DNA of 64,000 nt, taken from NCBI GenBank assembly GCA_030390025.1, contig CM059431.1, positions 146,508,001 through 146,572,000 on the forward strand, in the 5' to 3' direction. Position 1 is the stretch's first letter. The number at the start of each line of letters is the position of its first letter. This stretch comes from Squalus acanthias. Lineage: Eukaryota. Below are positions 1 to 11,200 of this stretch, one piece after another. The position numbers were made by a program, and so were the translations under genes. A model generated the notes under the pieces. The model was not told the origin of the DNA. It searched no databases and saw only the letters and a list, made by a program, of their open reading frames with translations.

Positions 1-2030
1 GCGGATTGTGGGGCTGGGTCAGTGAGGTATTGTTGTAGGGCGGGGTCAGTGAGTTATCGGACTAAGGCGGGGTCAGTGGGTTGTCGGTGTAGGGCTGGGT
101 CAGTGGATTGCAGGGTTCCTCAGTGGGTCGTCGGAGTAGAGCTGGGCCAGTGTGGTTTTGGTATGGGGCTGGGTCATTTTGGTGTCGGTTTTGGGTGGTG
201 TCAGTAGGGTGTCGGTGTACGGCTGGATCAGTGTTGTGTCGTTGTAGGGCGGGGATTGTGCTTGTCGGTGTAGGGCGGGGTCATTTTGGAGTCCCTGTAG
301 AGCTGTGTCGATGGGGTGTCGGTCAGTGCTTGGTCAGTGAGGTATCAGTGTAGTGCGAGGACAGTAGGTTGTCAGTTTAGGACTGGGTTAGTGGGGTGAT
401 AGTGTTGGGCTGGGTCATTGGTGTGTCGGTCAGGTCTGGTTCAGTGGGGTGTCGGTGTATGGCTGATCAGTGGGGTGTCGGTGTCGAGGCTGGGTCAGTG
501 CGGTGTCGGTAAGGGTTGGGTCAGTGGGGTGTCGGTAAGTGCTGGGTCAGTGGGGTGTCTGTAAGGGCTGGGTCAGTGAGGTGTCGGTTAGGGCTGGGTC
601 AGTGGAGTGTCGGTCAGCGTTGGGTCAGTGGGGTGTCGGTCAGGGTGGGTCAGTGAGATTTCGGTGTATGACTGGGTCAGTGGGGTGTCAGTCAGGGTGG
701 GTCAGTGGGATTTCGGTGTATGACTGGGTCAGTGGGGTGTCAGTCAGGGTGGGTTTGTGAGATTTCGGTGTATGACTGGGTCAGTGCGGTGTCGGTCAGG
801 GTGGGTCAGTGGGATTTCAGTGTAGGGCTGGGTCAGTGGGGTGTCGGTGTGGGGCTAGGTCATTGGGATTTTGGAGAATGGCTGGGTCAGTGGGTTGTCG
901 GTCAGGATTGGATCAGTGGGATTTCGGTGTAGGGCTGCTCAGTGGGATGTCAGTTTAGGACTTGCTGATTGCGGTTTCTGTGTAGTGTCTGTATAGGAAT
1001 GGTTCATTGCGGTTTCAAGGTATTCTGGGTCACGAATCGATATGTTTGGAATCGGCCAGTGGAGTGTCTTTGCAGGTCTGTGTCAGTGGGTGTCGGTGTA
1101 CGGCTGCTTCAGTGGGATATCGTTATCGGGTGTGAGTCAATGGAGTTTCGGTGCTGAACAGGGTATGAGCTACGCCGGTATAGGTATGGGTCAGTTGGGT
1201 GTCGGTGTCGGGTCTCAGCAGTTAGGTCTTGGTATATTACTGGGCTAGTGTAGGTACAGTGCAGGGTTCGGTGAGTGGGTTTCGCTATATTGCTGGTATA
1301 GTGGTGTGTCAGTGTAGGTTTGGTTCAGTGGAGTATCTATATAAATCTGGTTCACTGAGTTTTCGGTGTGGGGCGTGTCATTTGGGTGACCGATGTCGGG
1401 TTGGATCAATGGAGTTTCGTGTAGGTCTGGGTTAGTGAGATGTCTGTTTAAGGCTGGCTCAGTGTGGTGTCGGTGTATTAAGGGGTCACAGCTCTCTCGG
1501 TGCAGGGTTTGGTCAGTTGGATATCGTGCAAGAGCTTATCAGTGGAGTGCCGATTTATGACGGTGTCACTGGAGTTCCAGTGTTGGGCTGGGTCAGTGGT
1601 GTCTGTCTGGGGCTGGAACAGCGGGGTGTCAGTTTGAGTTTAGGGCTGGTTCAGTGGGGAGTCGGTGTCTGCCTGGGTTAGTGGTGTGTGGGTGTGGGGC
1701 TCGATCAGTGGGGAGTCGGTGTCTGGCTGGTCCAGTGGGGTCTCAGTTTGGGGCTGGGTCAGTGGGGTGACAGTTTGGGGCTGGGTCAGTGGGGAGTCGA
1801 TGTCTGGGTGGGTCAGTGGTGAGTCGATGTGGGGCTGGGTCAATGGAGTGTTGGTGTGGGGCTGGGTCAGTGGTGAGTCGGTGTCTGGCTGGTTCAGTGG
1901 GGTCTCAGTTTGGGGCTGGGTCAGTGGGGTGACAGTTTGGGGCTGGGTCAGTGGTGTTGGCGGCTGGGTCAGTGAGGTGTGAGGCCGTGTCAGTGTGGTG
2001 TGGGGTTTGGTCAGTTTAGTGTGGGGCTCC
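1..2030. repeat. Degenerate GT-rich tandem repeat (core gctgggtcagtggggtgtcggt, about 30-bp period)
   Basis: Motif ggctgggtcagtggggtgtc recurs throughout; overlapping ORFs are low-complexity (WVSG / PLTQP). Confidence 0.9.
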
Positions 2031-2034
2031 ACCT

Positions 2035-4110
2035 AGTGGAAACCTACCGTCCTTTCCTGGTCTGATCTATACGTGGCTCCAGAAATGTGATTAACTCTTA
2101 ACTTCTCTCTGAAATGTCTTAGAAAGTCACTCTGTTGTGTCAAACTGCTACGAAAAGATCTAATAAGTATAAAACCAGACGGAGAACACGGCATCGGCCT
2201 CGGCATTGATAAAGGCTTACACGCCCCAGTCGACCCTGCAAACTTCCCCTCACATCTGGTGACATGTGCCAAAATAAGCATAGCTGTTCCACAGACTAGT
2301 CAAGCAACAGCCTAGTATAGCCACACTCGCAGAATCATATATGCCAGCCAATGGCCAAGACACCTCCAGCACCATCCTTGAGTATATCTTGTCCCACCTG
2401 CACCAATGGTGGTGGACAATTAAACAAATAACGGGAGGAGGATGCCCCGTTTCCAACCTCATCCTTAATGATGGCGGAGCCCAGCAATCATCTTCAGCCA
2501 GAAGTGCCGAGTTGATGATCCATCTCGGCCACTTCGTGAGGTCCCCACCATCACAGAAGCCAGTCTTCAGCCAATTCAATTAATTCCACGTGATATCAAG
2601 AAACGGCTGAACGGACTGGATACAGCAAAAGTTTTCGGCCCCGATAACATCCCAGCTATCGTGCTGAAGCCTTGTGCTGCAGAACTAGCCGCGCCTCTCG
2701 GCAAGATGTTGCAGTAGAGATACAACACTGGCATCTAACCGACAATGAGAAAAACTGCCCAGGTCTGACCTGTCCACAAAAAACAGGACAAATCCAATCC
2801 GGCCAATTACCGCCCATCAGTCCACTCTCAGTCACACCATGTGATAGAAGTGGTCGTCGACAGCGCTATTAAGCGGAAATTACTCGCCAATAACCCACTC
2901 ATCGAGGCTAAGTTTATATTCCGACAGGACCACTCAGCTCCAGACCTCATTGAAGCTTTGGTCCAAACATGGACAAAAGAGCAGAATTCCAAAGGTGATG
3001 TGAGAATGACTGTCCTTTGATTGTGGCATCAAGAAACCCGAGTAAAATGGAGGTCAATGGGTATCAGGGGAAAAATATCTCCACTGGTTTGAGTCATACA
3101 TAGCACAAAGCTAGATTCTTGTGGTTCTTGGAGTCCATTCATCTCAGCCCTAGGACATCGCTGCAGGAGTTCCTCAGGACATTGTCCTGGGCCTAATCAT
3201 ATTCAACTGCTTCATCATTGACCTTCCATCCATCATAAGGTCAGAGGTAGGGATGTTCGCAGATGATTGCACCGTGATCACTTCCATTCGCAACTCCTCA
3301 GATAAGGAAGCAGTCAGTGCCCGCATGCATCAGGACCTGGACAACATTCAGGCTTGGGCTGCTACCTGACAAGTAGCATTCGCGCCACACAAGTTCCAGG
3401 CAATGACCATCTCCAACAAGAGGAAGTCTAACCACCTCACCTTGACATTCAACGGCATTACCATCGACGAATCACTCCACATCAACATATTGGGTGTCAA
3501 CACAGTTAACTGGACCAGCCACATAAAAACTATGGTTACATGAGCAGGCTGGGTATTCTGTAGGGAATGACTCATCTCCTGACTCCCAAAAGTCTTTCCA
3601 CCACCTACACGACATCATTCAGGAGTGTGATCGAACACTGTCCATTTGCATGAATGAGTGCAGCTCCAAAAACACTCAAGTAGCTCGACACCATCCAGGA
3701 TAAAGCAGCTCGCGTGATATGCACCTCATCCACCACATTAAACATTCACTCCCTCCACCTCCGGCGCACATTGGCTGCAGTGTGTACCACCCAAAAGCTA
3801 CACTGCAACAACTTGCCAAGGCTTCTTCCATAGCACCTCCCAAACCCACGACCTGTACCCCCTAGAAGGACAAGTGAAGCACGCGCAAGGGAGCGCCACC
3901 ACCTCCAAGTGCACTTCCAAGTCACACATAATCCGGACGTGGAATTACATCACCTTTCCTTCATCGTCGCTGTATCAAATTCCTGGAAATTCCTACCAAA
4001 GAACACTTTGGAATACCGTAACCTCGGGGATTGCAGCGGTTCTAGACGGATGCTCAAGTACACCTTCTCGAGGGCAATAAGGGACGTGCAATAAATGCTG
4101 GCTTTTCCAG
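2035..4110 (+). mobile_element. Decayed non-LTR retrotransposon (CR1/L2 group, second family), RT region and 3' end
   Basis: Remnants of GPDNIPA.VLK, NYRPISPLS, GVPQ..VLG, FADDCT; 3' end gggcaataa...caataaatgctgg shared with the copy at 26385-26775; homologous to 28506-29600. Confidence 0.85.
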
Positions 4111-4289
4111 CGAAGCGTTTGGTGAATGATATAGAAAATTTGGTGCTATAAATGAAGCATTTGGTAACAGATATAGAAAAGTTTGTGATATAAATGAAGC
4201 ATTTGGTTACATCCTGTTGATACCAAGTGGAACTCTCAACATTAAACTCAATGCGATCCAATGTCAGTGGCAGACATTGAACACACGAT

Positions 4290-4420
4290 CCAGGCTGACA
4301 CTTCGGGTGCTGCACTGCCCGAGGAGCCGCTTTTGTCGGATGAAACGCGAAACCGTGGCCAATGTCCGGTCAGCTGGAGGTCCGACTATGTGTAAGAACT
4401 CCGGCTCCGCATGGGGAAAG
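4290..4420 (+). mobile_element. Deu-domain SINE internal fragment
   Basis: aggctgacact...tcggatgaaacgcgaaaccgtgg matches the SINE core at 54760-54880. Confidence 0.5.
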
Positions 4421-4458
4421 GGAAATTTCGAAAGTAACATTGAAAAATATTTGGCCTC

Positions 4459-4640
4459 TGGAGTGTGACATCAGGAGTGTGACATATGGAGTGTGGCATC
4501 TGCAGTGTGACGTCTAGAGAGTGACTTCTAGAGTGTGACATCTAGTATGTGACATCCGGAGAGGAACATTCGGAACGTGACATCAGGAGTATGACATCTA
4601 GAGTGTGACATCTGGAATGTCACATCAGGAGTGTCACACC
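4459..4640. repeat. 14-bp minisatellite (ggagtgtgacatct/a)
   Basis: About 13 imperfect tandem units visible. Confidence 0.85.
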
Positions 4641-4666
4641 CGGCAGCGCAGATGCTGTGTCGAGTG

Positions 4667-4738
4667 GGCGCGGTGGGCCAGTGGTAAAACATTGGTCTTT
4701 TGAATTGAAGAGCGTGAGTTAGAACCTCCTCTCTGTCT
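4667..4738 (+). pseudogene. tRNA-Thr(CGT)-like pseudogene
   Basis: 72 nt, gap-free colinear (about 52/72 by hand) with the vertebrate tRNA-Thr-CGT sequence as recalled (GGCGCGGTGGCCAAGTGGTAAGG...GTTCGAACCCC); anticodon and acceptor stem mutated; T-run downstream. Confidence 0.65.
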
Positions 4739-5111
4739 GTCCTAATGTGGACGTTATTTTTCCGAGCAGCTTTTTTCTTGTCCAGCCGTTCTATTTTTCC
4801 TGACCCACCTCCTGCGACAGTCTCTCTCTATAAACCTGGAGAAGTTGCACATTCAGCAATTAGACGGACTCGCCGCTCTTTGATTCACTGATTTGACATA
4901 GGACAGAGGCAGACATATCTTTGGGCCAGTTCCTTTTTATGTCCCTCTCATTTTCAGTTGGTGAGAGAGGTGGTGACCCTCAATCTGAGAACCTGCGCCT
5001 CCTGCATCCTCGTCTGCAATGTCATCTGCCACATAAAAAAGGGGAAATGAACGGGAAACAGGAACCCGGAGATAAAAATTGAGAAAGGCACAGAGACAGA
5101 CTGAAATGGAG

Positions 5112-5445
5112 AAGGACAGAAGCAAAATACTGCAGATCCTGGAAATCTGAAATAAAACTCTAAATGCTGGATATACTCTCGGTCAGGCAGCATTTTTGGA
5201 GAGAGAAACAAAGTGAACGTTTCAGGTCGATGACCATGCGTCAGGACTGGAAAAGGTTAGAGATGTAACAGCTTTCAGGCAAGTACAGAGGAGAGAAAGG
5301 GGGAGAGGAGCAAAAAACAAAAGGGAAGGTCTGTGATAGGGTGGAAGGCAGGATAGACTAAATGACAAATGGGATGATGGTGCATGGCGAAAGGAGATGG
5401 TAATGTGGAAAAATAGTTGAGTCTAGAAGAGGTGTAAATGGGAAT
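5112..5445 (-). mobile_element. Penelope-like element terminal fragment with degenerate hammerhead motif
   Basis: aaatactgcagat.ctggaaatctgaaataaaa...aatgctgga end sequence; minus strand ctgacgcat-ggtc-atc-gacc-tgaaac; short similar piece near 38010. Confidence 0.5.
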
Positions 5446-5451
5446 ATTAAA

Positions 5452-6615
5452 AAATAGGTTCAGACCTTTCAGGAGTGAAATTAGCAAACACTTCTACACA
5501 CCAAGGGGTAAAAATTCACTTGGTTGCGCCACCCGTTAGCGCCTTAAGAGGGCGCTAATGGGGCGCAAAGCCGCTAACGCCCGGGCGCAGCGATGTTTGC
5601 GCCGCTTGAGAACTTAACTTGAGATTGTGCGGCGGCGCTAAAACTTACCGCTGCGACCACCTGCGCGCGCAGATTGTGATGTCATTCCATGGTGCAACGC
5701 CCTTGGGGCGCCCCGTAGCTGAAATTGAGTGGCGCCCCCTGCCTTACCGCCTGGCGCTTCCAACGACCAGAAGACTGGAACGCTATCAATCGCTGTGGGG
5801 CTGGGGGGGGCGCTATTTAAAGGGGGCCTCTTCCTGTCTTTTATTGTTGGTGGCATTTTTGAACTACGCATTCTGAGAGAGAGAGGGAGAGACTTCTGGA
5901 GAGATTCAGCGTTGTGTGAAGGAGTTTTGGGTACTGAGCAGCACTTTGCAGGTTCATTTTGATTTGCCATTCCTTGTATCGATTTAGCAGAGACCGTGGG
6001 AGCTGCACTCTGAGCTCTTTGCCTGGTGCTCTCCATTGTTCTTTCCAGCACATTTGATGTGCAAGTCTCTCCAGGCCGAGATTCAAGGCAGCAATGAACA
6101 GGATGTGGATGGAAAGCAAGATTAACCATCCCCTTTAAGAACTGGCCCGTGCCATTGTGTGTGTGTTCCATTGCTGACTGACATTACATGAGCTTCGCCA
6201 GCGCTCCGAGTTAGCGCCTCACTGCTCGGCCTTTGCGCCTTAAGAGAGGTGTGCAGCGCCTGCTTTAGCGCTCCACTCACCTCCCGAGGCGGTAACAGTG
6301 AAGTTTCCCGTCAGTGCCGATAATTAGCGCCAGGCGCTAATATTTGCGTCCGGACGATATTTGCGCCCCAAATGGGGCGCGACCTAATTTCTACCCCCAA
6401 GGGTGGTAACAGTTTGGAACCCTCTTCCGCAAATGGCAGTTGATGCTAGATCAATTGGTAATTGTAATTGGAGATTGATAGCTTTTTGTGAACCAACGGT
6501 ATAATGGATATGGGTAAAAGGCGGGTATGTGGAGTTAGGTCGCAGATCAGCCTTAATCTCATTGAATGGTGGAACAGGCTCGAGGGGCTGAATGGCCTAC
6601 TCCTGTTCCTATGTC
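5452..6615 (+). mobile_element. CR1 3' fragment split by the DNA transposon
   Basis: agacctttcaggagtgaaattagcaaacacttctacac | gggtggtaacagtttggaac...gaatggcctactcctgttcctatg. Confidence 0.8.
5505..6397. mobile_element. Non-autonomous DNA transposon, PIF/Harbinger-like
   Basis: TIRs ggggtaaaaatt / aatttctacccc; 3-bp TSD caa (5502-5504, 6398-6400); interrupts a CR1 3' fragment that resumes at 6401. Confidence 0.75.
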
Positions 6616-6699
6616 ACTAATGGAACCAGAGATAACAGTTGTGAGGGAAAGTCGCCCTGCACTAAGAAATCAATCTCTATTAGAAAGTCACCTTTTTCT

Positions 6700-9600
6700 T
6701 TCTAAGTGGTCTGTACAGGATGTGCTTAAACAGAGCGTTTCTAATCAGAGTGTTAAATTTGGGAATTTGGAGAATTTGGGAATTCGGAGCAGAGGGGGAA
6801 GGAGGTGCTTATTTTTGTCTCCAATACTTGGAGTGCATTGTGGTATATATTTAATTTAATCTACCTAGAACTAAAAGTAGATCTAGCAATTAGCTAAAAC
6901 AAAACTATAATCTAAGTTAATTAAAAATGTAATGTTTATTTCACTAAATAAATAAAACAAGGATATAAAGGCAGCGCTATGCAGGAGGTGTAACGCAACT
7001 ACAGCATGTGGGAGTTTGTCGAGAGCATTGTTATCCCGGACAACCACGCCTGCAGACTGAGATACACAGAGTTGTTGAGATGGAGTCTGAAGTGCAGATA
7101 TTGCGGGGCATCAAGGAGGGGGAGAGTTATATGGACACTTTGATCCAGGACGCAAAAGCACTTATGACGGGAGTGTGTGACTGCAACTCAGGCAGGTAAG
7201 AGGACGCCAGGTGCAGTGCTGGAGGTGCGTCAGCCTTTGCCCTTTTCCAACAGGTATGAGGTTCTTGCTGCCTGTTTGGATGAGGGGAAATTCTGCAGGG
7301 TGGTTGAGCAAACTTACCAAGACACCGTGGTACAGGAGGCCATTCAAGTGTGGGGGGGGGGGTGGAAATGAAAAGGAATTTTGCAGTGTTAGGGCACAGT
7401 ATAGTCAGGGGGATAGCTACTGCTCTCTGTAGGCGCGACCGTGAGTTCCAAAGGCTTTGTTGCCTGCCCGGTGCCAGGGTTAAGGATATCTCCTCGCGGC
7501 TGGAGACGAATTTGGATTGAGAGGGGGAGGATCCAGTTGACATGTTCCACGAAGGAAGCAACGACATAGGTAGAACAAGGAATGAGTTTCGGCTGAGTGA
7601 ATTTGAGGAGCAGATTTGAAAAATAAATTACTCAGCTGTGCAAGGACTATACCCAAGTGATAATGGGAGACATTAACTAACCCAATATTGAATGGGGCAG
7701 TGATTGTGTTAAGGGCAGAGAAGTGGTGGAATTTCTGAATTGTGTTCAGGAGAATTTTATTGATCAGTATGTTTCCTGCCCAATGAAAGATGAGGCATTG
7801 CTGGGTGTAGTGCTGGGGATTGAAATGGTTCAAGTGGAAATTGTCACAGTTGGAGTGAATCTCGCAAAGAGTGATAATAATATCGTAAGGAGTAGATTCG
7901 TTATGGAAAAGGACAGGGTACAAGCTAGGATTGAAAAAAACTTAACTGCAGAAGGGCTACTGTCAGAGAACTGAGGAGGGATCTGGCCCGGGTAAATTGG
8001 AGTCTAATATTGGCAGGCAGCAATGTAATGGAGCAATGGGCGGTCTTTAAAGAGGAGATGGTTCGGGAACAGTCTAGATACATTCCTACTAGGGGGAAAG
8101 GAAGGACAACCAAAGCCAGAGTTCACTGGATGAAGAAGGTGTTAGAGAGTAGTATGGAGCAGAGAAAGGGGGCGTATGACAGATTTCAGCTTGATAATAC
8201 AAGGGGATTGAGGCTGAATATGAAAAAGTACAGAGGACCATTGAAAAAGTATATAAGAGGAGCAAAGAGACAGTACAAGAATCGAATGGCGGCTAACATA
8301 AAAGGGAATGCAAAGGTCATCTATAGGCATATTAACAGTAAAAGCGTTGTCAGAGGAGCGGTGGGTCCGATTAGAGACCAAAATGGAGAACTATCGGTGG
8401 AGGCAGAAGGCATGGCTGATGTACTAAATTAATACTTTGCATCGGTATTTACCAAGTAAGAGGACTTTCCCAAAGATATGGTAAACGAGGAGGCTGCTGG
8501 AACACTGGGTGTCATACAAGTAGATAAAGATGCGATACTAGAAAGGCTGGCGGTACTTAGAGTGGATAAGGAACCTGGTTCGGGTGGGATGCATCCTAGG
8601 ATGTTGAGGGAAGTAAGGGTAGGAATTGCGGCTGAGCTCGCCTCAATCTTCAAATCCTTCTTAGAGACGGGCTGCTGCCAAAAAGGACTGGACGATTGCA
8701 AATCTTACACCATTGTACAAAAAAGGGGAGAAAAATAAACCTGGCAATTACACACCAGTCAGTTTAACGTCGATGGCGGGGAAGCTTTTAGAAACAATAA
8801 TCCAGGAGAATATTAGTAGCTACTTAGACAAGCGTGGACTAATAAATGAGACCGAGCACCGACTTATTAAGGGCAAATCGTGTTTTAACAACTTCATTAA
8901 GTTGGTTGAAGAGGTAACAGAGAGGGTTGATGAGGACAGTGCAGTTGATGTTGTGTACATAGACATCCAAAACACGTTTGAAAAAAGTACCAATAATTAG
9001 GCTTGTTAGCAAAAATGAAGCCCAAGGGATAAAAGGGGCACTAGCAGCAAGAATAAAATAACTGACTAAGAGATAAAAAAAAAGCAGAGAGTTGTGGTGA
9101 ATGATTGTTTTTAGGACTGGAGGCAGGTATAGAGTGACGTTCCCCAAGGTTCATTACTGGGACCACTGTTGTTTTTGATACACATTAATGAGGTACAGGG
9201 CACAATTTCGATATTTTCAGATAGCACGAAATTTGTAAGTGTAGTAAACAGTGAGGAAGATACTGATAGACTTCAAGCGAACATAGACAGACTGGTGGAA
9301 TGTGCGCTAACATGACAGATAACATTCAACGGAAAAAAGTCTGAGGTGAAACAATTTAGTACGAAGATGAGGAGAGACCATACATACTAAACGTTACAAT
9401 GTTAAAGGGGGTGCAAGAACAGAGAGACCTGGGGGAGTTTTCACAAAAGTTTGAGGTTGGCTGGCCAGGTTAACAAAGCAGTTAATAAAGCGCATTGGAT
9501 CCTTAGCTGTATAAATAGAGCCATGGAGTACATAAGCCAAGAAGTTATTCTAAACTTGTGTAAAACACCAGGTCGGCCCCAGCTGGAGGACTGTATCCAA

Positions 9601-10685
9601 TTCTGGGAACAACAATTTAGGAATGACGTGAAGGCTTTGGAGAGGTTACAGAAGAGATTTACTAGAACGGCTCCAGGGATAAAGGTTATACAGTTACGTG
9701 GTTAGACTGTAGAAGCTGGGTTTGTTCTCCTTAGAGCAGAGAAGAACAAGAGGAGATTTCATAGAGGTGTTTAAAATCATGAAGGTTTCAGATAGAGTAA
9801 ATGGAAAGTAACTGTTTACAAAGGCTGAAGGGTCGATAACCAGAAGGAACAGATTAAATGTGATTGGCAAAATAAACAGAATCTACTTGAGGAAAAAACA
9901 TTTTTTCGCAACGAGTGGTTTGAATTTGGAATGTACTGCCTGATACGGGGTGAATATAGATTCAATTATAGCCTTCAAAAGCGTATTGGAAAAAAGCTTG
10001 ACGGAGAAAAACATAGCAGGGATATCGGGAAAGAGCGGGGGAGTTGGACTCACTAGATTGCTTTGTGAAAGAGCCGACACATAGAAACATAGAAACATAG
10101 AAGATAGGAGCAGGAGTAGGCCATTCTGCCACTCGAGCCTGCTCCACCATTCAATACGATCATGGCTGATCATCCAAACTCAGTACCCTGTCCCTGCCTT
10201 CTATCCATATCCCTTGATACGTTTAGCCTTAAGAAATATATCTAACTCCTCTTGAATATATTTACTGACTTGACCTCAACTGCTTTCTGTGGTAGAGAAT
10301 TCCACAGGTTCACCACTCTCTGGGTGAAGAAATTCCTCCTCATCTCTGTCCTAAATGGCTTACCCCTTATCTTTAGACTATGACCTCTTATTCTGGACTC
10401 ACCCACCATCGGGAACATCCTTCCTGCATCCAGTCTGTCTAGCCCTGTTAGAATTTTATAAGTTTAAATGAGATCTCCTCTCATTCTTCTGAACTCCAGC
10501 GAGTATAAGCCCAATCGACACAATCTCTCCTCGTACGTCATTCCTGCCATCCCGGGTATCAGTCTGGTGAATCTTCGCTGCACACCCTCCATGGCAAGAA
10601 CATCCTTCCTCAGATAAGACACAGACCCGATGGGCCGAATGGCCTCCTTCTGTGCTGTACTCTTCTAAGATTCTATGATCCTATG
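6700..10685 (+). mobile_element. Near full-length decayed CR1 LINE (ORF1 esterase remnant, endonuclease mostly deleted, RT)
   Basis: ORF1-like SIVRG...CCLPGARVKDI; ORF2 pieces GMHPRMLRE, PGNYTPVSLTS, PQGSLLGP, RPQLEDCIQFW; tail ttctatgat after a nested insertion. Confidence 0.9.
10082..10615 (-). mobile_element. 5'-truncated CR1 nested in the 3' UTR of the preceding CR1
   Basis: (atagaaac)n tail at the left end; flanking duplication gacaca; host tail resumes near 10616. Confidence 0.85.
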
Positions 10686-10804
10686 AGAGAAACTAAATTT
10701 GCTTTGATAACGCAATGCCCAAATGACAACCCATGTAACAATATTTCCTCAGTTGTTACATCTAAACAGTAATCATGATTATAAGATTGGTATCAGCTTC
10801 CTAC

Positions 10805-11200
10805 TAGGAGCATAAGAGCAAGAGTAGGCCATTTGGCCCCTCGAGCCTATTGCGCCATTCAATGAGATAATGGCCGATCTGGAACCTAATTCCGTATACC
10901 CGCCTTTACCCCATATAATATAAATCTGTCAATTTCTGATTTAAAATTAACATTTACAATCCCTTCATGGCCGTTATGACCTTCCTAAGGTGTGGTGCCC
11001 AGAACGGAACACAGTACTCCAGGTGTGGCCTAACGAGGGCTTCGTATAGATGTAGCATAACTTCGACCCCATCTATTCTAGTCTTCTAGATAGAACGTCC
11101 AGCATTTCATTAGTCTTTTTGATTCGTGTCTGTACCTGTCCTAAATTTTTAAGATCGATGCACATGGACCCCGAATTCTCTTTGGATCTCCACTGTTTCT
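10805..11200 (-). mobile_element. CR1 3' fragments running into the minisatellite
   Basis: Reverse of 3' UTR and of the [17 protein letters not shown] region. Confidence 0.8.

Noticed and set aside
1..2032. ORFs of 60-130 aa with WVSG/PLTQP repeats
   Set aside because: Translations of a tandem repeat, open in several frames on both strands
5638..6171. 177-aa ORF as a transposase
   Set aside because: No DDE or Myb/SANT motif recognisable
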